Below are positions 16,350 through 22,620 of a stretch of 26,114 bases of DNA, piece after piece. The notes beneath the pieces are model-generated. The model saw nothing but the letters and a program-made list of their open reading frames with translations, was not told where the DNA came from and did no database searches. Source of the stretch: a virus (taxonomy: Duplodnaviria > Caudoviricetes); IMG/VR virus record IMGVR_UViG_3300049166_000009, positions 1 through 26,114 of that record. One strand, written 5' to 3'. How positions within the stretch are numbered: position 1 is the stretch's first letter; every line of letters begins with the position of its first letter. Both the position numbers and the translations under genes were made by a program.

Positions 16350-18020
16350 TTAAATGATGTTAACGTATTCATCCCACTTGTCTTTTAACACAATGTATCC
16401 ACAAGCTAAAGAAACAACACCGTCGATACGCTTTCTGTCGTCCATTCCTTTAACTAATTGAATATTACCGTTTATATCAGCTTTAATTTCAGCGTTAGAG
16501 AGGTTCCACATGTCAATAGGGTTTCCATTATGTACGATACGATTTGCTGATAAATCGGCTTTCAATTCCTTGAGTGGTTGACTCATAGTAGCTACTCCTT
16601 GACGTATTGGAATCATGCTATCTTTACCAAACTCACTCTTAAACTCTCGTAGTAAACTATCATCAATATGCCAAGGATCATAACCAATATAAAGAACATA
16701 CAAATCATCTTCATCTCGTAGTTCTTTGAACCAATCTAAGAATACTTTCTTATCAACTTTATTACCCTCATGAGTTCTCAATAACCCTTGTCTTTCCCAC
16801 AATAAATAAGGGACGGAATCTCGTTCCCTCCTGTTACCATCTTGTGTCATTTGATTGAGTACATCTTCAGGCATCCAATACATAGATTTTAGATAAATAT
16901 TAGGATCATTTGGTCTCATGCATAAGGCTTTAGCTGAGTTTAAATCCACTGAATCAGCCGCATCAAAACCACCAATAGCATAACGGAATCCCATTTTACT
17001 AAAATCAAATTTAGTTTTGTTTTCAATCTCATTCCAATTCAACCAAGCGCTTGATGAATTCTCTTTCATGTTAAAATCCTTAACCATTACTGTTGGTTTA
17101 AAGGCTGGATCATCTTTAGCCTTTTGAACATTTTCTCGTAAAGTATCTAGCGACTTAATGACACCAAGACCTGGATTTGCTTTGATGAAACAATTTTCTT
17201 TGTCGTATTCGTCCCTATCATCTAGCTCATAAATAAACGGAAGGAATCGGTCATTCTTAACTTTTCCATCAAGTAAATTACAAGCATACTCATACTGAGA
17301 ATCAAAGATACCTTCACGTACAAATCCATTTGTTGAAATCGTAGTAAGGAGAGGCGATGTACGAGAACTCATGGATTGTTTCATTAAATCATAGATGTCA
17401 CGGTTCTTTATGGCTGCAAGCTCATCGATAATAATAAAATGACCATTCAAACCATCCAAACTGTTGGAATTACTTGCTAATGCTTTAATAAATCCCATGT
17501 TGTGTGGGAAGTATAAATCAGATTGCCTCTTTTTTACGTGACCTTTCAAATCAGGAGATTGTCTAATCATGTTCCACGTTTCATTAAACCCTTTTTTGGC
17601 TTGATCAAGTGCCGTTGCTATAAAATATATCTCTGGTGAACCTTCACCGTCAGCTACAAGACCATACAAAGATATTGCTGCTAATTCAGTTGTCTTCCCG
17701 TTCTTTCTACCACGAATGTCAAGATTTTCGGTATATTGCCTAATATTACGATTATCCTTATTGACGAAACCAAATATAGCTTGTAGCTTCGCCTTTTGAA
17801 ATAACATTAACTCTAAAGGTGTCCCCATTTTACCTTGTGATTGTTTGCAAAATGACTCTATAAAAGTAATAGGTTTATTAGCTAACTCTTCATCAAAAAC
17901 CCAATCACCTTGAGGGTTATGTAATTTATCCAATAACATCTTGTAAACTTGTTTAATCCTATGACAAGCAACTATATCGCCATTTAATACTGCATTTGCA
18001 TATTCCTCTAAATATGTCAT
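16350..18020 (-). CDS. terL: Terminase large subunit
   Basis: Walker A GRKNGKT, Walker B IIIDEL, ISTNG coupling motif, KANPGLG, YDPW, RIDG nuclease motif; start placed at MTYLEEY. Confidence 0.96.
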   Translation of the reverse strand: MTYLEEYANAVLNGDIVACHRIKQVYKMLLDKLHNPQGDWVFDEELANKPITFIESFCKQSQGKMGTPLELMLFQKAKLQAIFGFVNKDNRNIRQYTENLDIRGRKNGKTTELAAISLYGLVADGEGSPEIYFIATALDQAKKGFNETWNMIRQSPDLKGHVKKRQSDLYFPHNMGFIKALASNSNSLDGLNGHFIIIDELAAIKNRDIYDLMKQSMSSRTSPLLTTISTNGFVREGIFDSQYEYACNLLDGKVKNDRFLPFIYELDDRDEYDKENCFIKANPGLGVIKSLDTLRENVQKAKDDPAFKPTVMVKDFNMKENSSSAWLNWNEIENKTKFDFSKMGFRYAIGGFDAADSVDLNSAKALCMRPNDPNIYLKSMYWMPEDVLNQMTQDGNRRERDSVPYLLWERQGLLRTHEGNKVDKKVFLDWFKELRDEDDLYVLYIGYDPWHIDDSLLREFKSEFGKDSMIPIRQGVATMSQPLKELKADLSANRIVHNGNPIDMWNLSNAEIKADINGNIQLVKGMDDRKRIDGVVSLACGYIVLKDKWDEYVNII

Positions 18021-18024
18021 GTGA

Positions 18025-18384
18025 TCACCGCTTGATGAATTCCAATAAAGGATCATCTTTCTTTTTGGTGTCACCTTTAGGTAATAGGTCGCTTAGTTGT
18101 TTCATTATGGATGTGTATTGTTTAGACCAACTTGTATACAATTCTGACTCAGGAGATTTCTTAGTACCGTATTGATTCTCACCATTCTTGTATTCAATCA
18201 CGACTCCATTTTCATCCATCGTTGCTGTTAAATCATCTAAAGAAACTGCTAACCAAGCTGCGTTATACATGAGCTTTGCATTGAGTTTCTTTGTACCATC
18301 TGGCATGTTGCTGAATATCTTCTTAATTTTGTTGAACTCTTTCTTAACTTCCTTTTCTTTCTCTATATCCGTGTAAGTCACCAC
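18025..18384 (-). CDS. terS: Terminase small subunit (P27-like)
   Basis: YKNGENQYGTKKSP...Y..IMKQL.DLLP; directly upstream of terL. Confidence 0.85.
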   Translation of the reverse strand: MVTYTDIEKEKEVKKEFNKIKKIFSNMPDGTKKLNAKLMYNAAWLAVSLDDLTATMDENGVVIEYKNGENQYGTKKSPESELYTSWSKQYTSIMKQLSDLLPKGDTKKKDDPLLEFIKR

Positions 18385-18404
18385 AAATCACTCCTTTTTA
18401 ATAC

Positions 18405-18496
18405 CACACCCTTCACGTGAAGTCACACGCAGAAAAATTAAAGTCCTCCATCGGTACCTATAGGGGTATATATCCCACCAAAGTACGGGGGTATAC
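18405..18496. other. Candidate cos packaging region
   Basis: GC-richer spacer between HNH and terS with minus-strand ATACCCCC...GGTACCGATGGAGGAC and palindrome cttcacgtgaag (18411-18422); this is the usual cos position in HNH-terS-terL phages. Confidence 0.55.
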
Positions 18497-18802
18497 TTAC
18501 TCCCTCACCTGTATTAAGTTTCCTTCATCATCAAACGTAACATCATCTCTTATAGTTACTTCACTTTTATGATGCTCTTGGTTATGACACGTTTGGCATA
18601 GTAGCTCAAGAAGCTCATGATTCAAACTAATATCAGGATCATTAATGTTCTCAGGTGTTAACCATACTGTATGATGCACAATCAACCCACTACCATTCTT
18701 ACCTTGACACCTCTCACAGACTCCATGTTGTGACACAAAGTAAGCATCACGACATTTGCGCCAGCGACTACTTTTATAGAATTTTTCAGCAAATTGTTTC
18801 AC
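18497..18802 (-). CDS. Terminase-associated HNH endonuclease (HK97 gp74-like)
   Basis: FYKSSRWRKCR, CERC, VHH, LCQTCHNQEH; upstream of terS. Confidence 0.92.
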   Translation of the reverse strand: MKQFAEKFYKSSRWRKCRDAYFVSQHGVCERCQGKNGSGLIVHHTVWLTPENINDPDISLNHELLELLCQTCHNQEHHKSEVTIRDDVTFDDEGNLIQVRE

Positions 18803-18991
18803 TTACCTACTACCACCCATTATTAAATCTAACCCAAGATGCTTTACCTCAACTTTAAGATCAATACGAAGCATTGTAATTTCTCTAGAAACATCATCAA
18901 TCCCACTATTTTGAATAGCAATCAATTTATCTAACAGGCTTAACTGTAACTCTAATTTCTTTGCTTTTTCATCAAACTTCATTATTATCAA
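18803..18991 (-). CDS. Small hypothetical protein, first gene of the packaging operon
   Basis: AGGAG RBS; abuts the HNH start; likely ATG start at MKFDEK. Confidence 0.65.
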   Translation of the reverse strand: MIIMKFDEKAKKLELQLSLLDKLIAIQNSGIDDVSREITMLRIDLKVEVKHLGLDLIMGGSR

Positions 18992-19022
18992 CTCCTATTA
19001 TTAGGTACTAAATTCAGGCATA

Positions 19023-19050
19023 GAAAAAGAACCAGTGCAATCACTGATTC
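19023..19050 (-). terminator. Intrinsic terminator ending the moron block
   Basis: Minus strand GAATCAGTG-ATTG-CACTGGTTC followed by TTTTTCT. Confidence 0.75.
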
Positions 19051-19682
19051 CTAAGTTCATCAATCTCTTTAAATATCTGCTCAACCTTTTGATGGTTGTC
19101 CTCAAAATAAAGCACATTATTTGTTTCCAAAGCTATAAACTCAATCACTTCTAAAACTGGATATACAACATCTTCTTCATAATCACCAATAATCCCTAAT
19201 GCCATTGGCTTAAAATGAGCAAAATCATTTCTGTATTTAATCATCTTATCAATAGCATGACTTTGCTTATCGTTTAATTCTAACAACTTACTATTAGTAT
19301 TTTGAATCATGTAATCAGGACTCTCTGCTCTCTTAATTACATCCCAAATTCGAAGGAGTAAACCTTTTTGAAAAGTAATTAGTGAATCTAAATTTGACCC
19401 ATCATCAAGCAAACCTTCAATACCCAATGACTTGTATTGTTGAATAATTGCATTCTTAGCATTTTGTTTTTTCTTCTCACTTATTTCCTCATATACCCGA
19501 CTGATTGAGCTTGTTCCTTTAATAGCCAAAACTCCAAATCCATATAACGCACCATGTAAATTAATCATCAGCCACTTAAAACGGTGCGGATGTTCTTTTT
19601 CCTTTAAAAAATGTAAAGTCATTTCCAAATAATCAACACTGTTTTCAAGCTCACTTGTAGAGTAAACAATTTCATTATCCAT
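19041..19682 (-). CDS. Moron, putative HEPN-superfamily protein
   Basis: Helical protein with Rx4H motif RNDFAH near the C-terminus; own promoter and terminator. Confidence 0.6.
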   Translation of the reverse strand: MDNEIVYSTSELENSVDYLEMTLHFLKEKEHPHRFKWLMINLHGALYGFGVLAIKGTSSISRVYEEISEKKKQNAKNAIIQQYKSLGIEGLLDDGSNLDSLITFQKGLLLRIWDVIKRAESPDYMIQNTNSKLLELNDKQSHAIDKMIKYRNDFAHFKPMALGIIGDYEEDVVYPVLEVIEFIALETNNVLYFEDNHQKVEQIFKEIDELRNQ

Positions 19683-19710
19683 AATTACCACCAATAGTAT
19701 TTTTAGTAGT

Positions 19711-19719
19711 ATTATAGCA
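19711..19719 (-). promoter_or_regulatory. Extended -10 sigma-A-type promoter (TGCTATAAT) for the HEPN-like gene
   Basis: Minus strand TGTGCTATAAT about 30 nt upstream of the ATG. Confidence 0.65.
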
Positions 19720-19736
19720 CAAACAAATAGACATTA

Positions 19737-19768
19737 GAAAAAGCACCCACGAATGGATGATGGATGCT
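19737..19768 (-). terminator. Intrinsic terminator
   Basis: Minus strand AGCATCCA...TGGGTGCT followed by TTTTCT. Confidence 0.6.
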
Positions 19769-19776
19769 AAATTAGT

Positions 19777-20361
19777 TTATGTGTTGAGTTTTTTTATTTC
19801 TTTATTCAATTTATCAAGATTTTTATTAACCTCTTTCATTTCCTTTGCAATATCATGGCTACCTCTAACAACCATTTGTTTAATACCCTTATACATACTT
19901 GTGTCTAAGTAATAATAATCAGTATAAGTCCTTCCATATTTACTTCTATAGCTAATCTCTATTTCCATCTTGGGAAATTCACCATCATCACCTATCAATT
20001 GATGAAACACACCAACCATAGCTTCAATTTTTTGTTGAGGTGCAAGTGTCCTTATTGGATTACTGAGAAAGTTAGCTTCTGAGAAATCTCCTAAAGAATT
20101 ATTAGATGAAACCATTTTTAGTTTTACATCCTCTGCTATTCCCCTACCAATATTTTTGACAACAAAATTCAAAACACTTGTAGTATGCCCTTCTTCAAAA
20201 TATGCAATTACATCTGGCTTCTGATCTATTTCCCTATTCAGTTGAGACTCCCTAACCATTTCTTTGTTAGCCTTAAGAGTTTGCCAAGTAAATATTGAAT
20301 AGACAAGTGTTATTATAACTAATAAATAATCTGGTAAGTTACTAATAATATTGTTTAACAT
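19777..20361 (-). CDS. Moron, N-terminally membrane-anchored hypothetical protein
   Basis: TM segment LLVIITLVYSIFTW, then a beta domain with VKNIGRGIA; GAGGTGG RBS. Confidence 0.8.
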   Translation of the reverse strand: MLNNIISNLPDYLLVIITLVYSIFTWQTLKANKEMVRESQLNREIDQKPDVIAYFEEGHTTSVLNFVVKNIGRGIAEDVKLKMVSSNNSLGDFSEANFLSNPIRTLAPQQKIEAMVGVFHQLIGDDGEFPKMEIEISYRSKYGRTYTDYYYLDTSMYKGIKQMVVRGSHDIAKEMKEVNKNLDKLNKEIKKLNT

Positions 20362-20381
20362 TTTACCACCTCGTATATTAT

Positions 20382-20409
20382 CTTTCTACACGAGACGACA
20401 AAACCCTTT
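20382..20409 (-). promoter_or_regulatory. Possible sigma-H-like promoter
   Basis: Minus strand AAAGGGTTTT-N10-GTAGAAAG resembles the AGGA...GAAT consensus. Confidence 0.4.
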
Positions 20410-20436
20410 AAAAAAGCCACTCGTTATGAGTGACTC
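20410..20436 (-). terminator. Intrinsic terminator
   Basis: Minus strand AGTCACTC-ATAAC-GAGTGGCT followed by TTTTT. Confidence 0.75.
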
Positions 20437-20445
20437 AGGTTCTTA

Positions 20446-20802
20446 CTATTGATTACTTTGCATATAGCTTTGAAACTTGGGCATACCTCCGTAAAGAGTT
20501 ACAAATACTTCTTCCCAACTTCCTCGTCTATGATTTTCCTGAGCTATTGCTTCAGCAAAATGATAACTACCATCATGCTGAGGAACAATATTATAGATTC
20601 TTTGCTCGAATGAACCATGATGAACTTCTTCATTACTTTCAATCATATTACGATATTCATCCATTAGATCCATAATTGCATTATACTGTTCTCTGGTAAT
20701 ATTGTATTCAAACAAAAGTCTGGAATATGCACTATTCTCAAACAATAATTCTTGTCTAAATTCAATTAAATCTAATCTTTCTTCAACAGACATAAATATC
20801 AC
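20446..20802 (-). CDS. Moron, DUF1878/YhaI-like protein
   Basis: EERLDLIEFRQELLF...LFEYNITREQY..IMDLMD pattern recalled for this Bacillus family; GGAGGTGA RBS before the ATG near 20793. Confidence 0.65.
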   Translation of the reverse strand: MIFMSVEERLDLIEFRQELLFENSAYSRLLFEYNITREQYNAIMDLMDEYRNMIESNEEVHHGSFEQRIYNIVPQHDGSYHFAEAIAQENHRRGSWEEVFVTLYGGMPKFQSYMQSNQ

Positions 20803-20816
20803 CTCCTCACAACATC

Positions 20817-20845
20817 ATTTCGACATTGTAAGGATATAGTCCTGC
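20817..20845 (-). promoter_or_regulatory. Sigma-H-like promoter
   Basis: Minus strand GCAGGACTAT-N11-GTCGAAAT. Confidence 0.55.
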
Positions 20846-20855
20846 TAAATTTTAT

Positions 20856-21530
20856 CTAATTATGTAATTTTTTGACACTACCATCGTTATTTCCGTCTAA
20901 TAATAAACTAATCAAATCCTCTCTATCGATTAAATTTACACCAGTTCTTTTAGCTAATTCTTTAGCAGATTTCGTAAAATTACTATTAGTAACAACCCAA
21001 GCTTCATCAGAGCTATAATATAACATTGCAGACTGGATTTCTTGGACTGCTTTAATCCCTACATTCGCTTTATATCGCTTTGCCTGAATAGCAATCACAT
21101 ATCCATTTTTTTCAATTAGCAAATCTGCTCCAAAATCGCCACTCTTTGGAGTCTTTATTACTTTGTAACCATGGGATTTAAACAGCTCTTTTAAATATCT
21201 TTCGAACTCAAATCCATCCATTAGATCGATATCTTCAATTCCTGATTCCCTTAAACGCTTATTCTCATTAATAATATTTCTAATTGTCAAAATCAGCATT
21301 GTAATAAAAATAAAAACTATAATCATCACTGAAATGATTGGGGTTTTAGTTTTAAAATACGTAATAAAAACAATAATCCACATAATTAGATAGACAATTA
21401 AAAAGGATATATTTTTTCCTTTAGATTTAAAACTTTCAAAACTTTCAATGCTTAGAAATGATATAGTGGCAAATAAACTTATTAAAAAAGCAAACATAAA
21501 AAAATTAGTTAATTCTGTATCCGAAATCAT
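20856..21530 (-). CDS. Membrane-anchored Mrr-like (Mrr_cat, PD-(D/E)XK) restriction endonuclease
   Basis: Three N-terminal TM helices, then MDGFEFE, SGDFGADL, IQAKRY, AVQEI, VVTNSNFT..A.ELA, LIDR. Confidence 0.88.
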   Translation of the reverse strand: MISDTELTNFFMFAFLISLFATISFLSIESFESFKSKGKNISFLIVYLIMWIIVFITYFKTKTPIISVMIIVFIFITMLILTIRNIINENKRLRESGIEDIDLMDGFEFERYLKELFKSHGYKVIKTPKSGDFGADLLIEKNGYVIAIQAKRYKANVGIKAVQEIQSAMLYYSSDEAWVVTNSNFTKSAKELAKRTGVNLIDREDLISLLLDGNNDGSVKKLHN

Positions 21531-21643
21531 TGAAACTACAAACCCCCTACCCCTACTCGCTTTCCAACATTCTACCATTATACGACAAAATAGGAGGCTT
21601 GTCCGAAATTTATTAGTTTATTGCTAGATTTTGTATTTTTATA

Positions 21644-21652
21644 TGGTATAAT
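21644..21652 (+). promoter_or_regulatory. Extended -10 promoter TGGTATAAT for the small plus-strand unit
   Basis: Perfect TGnTATAAT 6 nt before the left inverted-repeat arm at 21658. Confidence 0.7.
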
Positions 21653-21694
21653 TTACTAGAACCCTGCAAGATTTGAAGCAAAGGGGGTGATAGT

Positions 21695-21805
21695 ATGGCA
21701 AAAACAAACGGTGGTAAGAAAAAAGTGTATGTGAAAACACACACTAAGAAAGTTGGTAACAAGAAAGTCAAAGTTCCGACTCATTACCGTTCAACACCAA
21801 ACTAA
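21695..21805 (+). CDS. 36-aa highly basic peptide missing from the ORF track (MAKTNGGKKKVYVKTHTKKVGNKKVKVPTHYRSTPN)
   Basis: Strong RBS AAGGGGGTGA, ATG 21695, TAA 21803-21805; own promoter and U tract. Confidence 0.75.
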   Translation: MAKTNGGKKKVYVKTHTKKVGNKKVKVPTHYRSTPN

Positions 21806-21855
21806 TCCTCCTGAGCCAACCAAACTCTCCAAAAGCAGGGTTCTTTTTTTATGTA

Positions 21856-22440
21856 TTACCATTCAAAAATTACTTTCTTATGTGACTTTCCATTGATAAT
21901 TGATTCAATAGTATTAAACACAACACCCATTTTCGCTGCCATCATTAAACAAAAGTCCGTCTTAATTCCTTCCCATTTTGCAAACTCTTTTTTAATCTGA
22001 ATTACCTCATCTTTGCTTAATCGTTTTCTATTTGTTGATATATCCTTTACTACATCTTCAGTAAACTGATCTTTATGTGACTTTGCTTCAAGATTTTTAT
22101 AACAATTATTCTTCTTGTTTCTATCCATGTGATTAATAGTAAGTGGTACTTGTTCCAATTCACCGTCATCATTCATTATATAATTTTCTTCACGCCAAAA
22201 AGACTTTGGTTTCTGAATATATGCAGAATACACTAACTCATGGATGTACATTCCTTTTGATTTTCCTGAATTATGTTTAAGTGTGGTCATTAAATAACCA
22301 TTCTTTCTAATGCCTTTTTGATTAAGCCACCTTTGACTGATAAAAGAATAGATTCTCCCTGTCGTCACATCAATTCCATAGTTATCAAACTCCGGAATTG
22401 GAGATAAGCTAATACCATCAATTACATTAATCATTTTCAT
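21856..22440 (-). CDS. Free-standing HNH homing-type endonuclease (NUMOD4-like N-terminus, HNH_3 core, C-terminal HTH)
   Basis: PIPEFDNY...GRIYS, GYL..TL...IHELV..AY, INHMDRNKKNN...NLE, LSKDEVIQIK...I..IINGKSHKKV; start after AAGGGG. Confidence 0.82.
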   Translation of the reverse strand: MKMINVIDGISLSPIPEFDNYGIDVTTGRIYSFISQRWLNQKGIRKNGYLMTTLKHNSGKSKGMYIHELVYSAYIQKPKSFWREENYIMNDDGELEQVPLTINHMDRNKKNNCYKNLEAKSHKDQFTEDVVKDISTNRKRLSKDEVIQIKKEFAKWEGIKTDFCLMMAAKMGVVFNTIESIINGKSHKKVIFEW

Positions 22441-22465
22441 TTCCCCTTTAAGATTATTTGTTCTG

Positions 22466-22501
22466 AAAAAAAAGAAGCACCAGTCAACAGACCAATGCTT
22501 C
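22466..22501 (-). terminator. Intrinsic terminator (second after the RNAP gene)
   Basis: Minus strand GAAGCATTGGTC-TGTT-GACTGGTGCTTC followed by T8. Confidence 0.8.
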
Positions 22502-22570
22502 AAAATGGGGATAAATAACGCTTATCCATGCGTACTCATTCGTGAGTAAAATAATATTTGGTTGTAAAAG

Positions 22571-22604
22571 AAAAAAGACACCAACAAAAATTTGTCAGTG
22601 ACTC
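22571..22604 (-). terminator. Intrinsic terminator (first after the RNAP gene)
   Basis: Minus strand CACTGACAAA-TT-TTTGTTGGTG, then TC and T6. Confidence 0.7.
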
Positions 22605-22620
22605 TCACCATTGAACGCGG

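Noticed and set aside
16341-18418. Shared 10-mer cccttcacgt before the portal (16341-16350) and terS (18409-18418)
   Set aside because: A single 10-bp match is expected by chance in 26 kb, and one copy overlaps an RBS.
21856-22620. Group I intron housing the HNH gene
   Set aside because: The RNAP ORF ends with its own stop and terminators, no interrupted exon resumes downstream, and no intron core was recognised.
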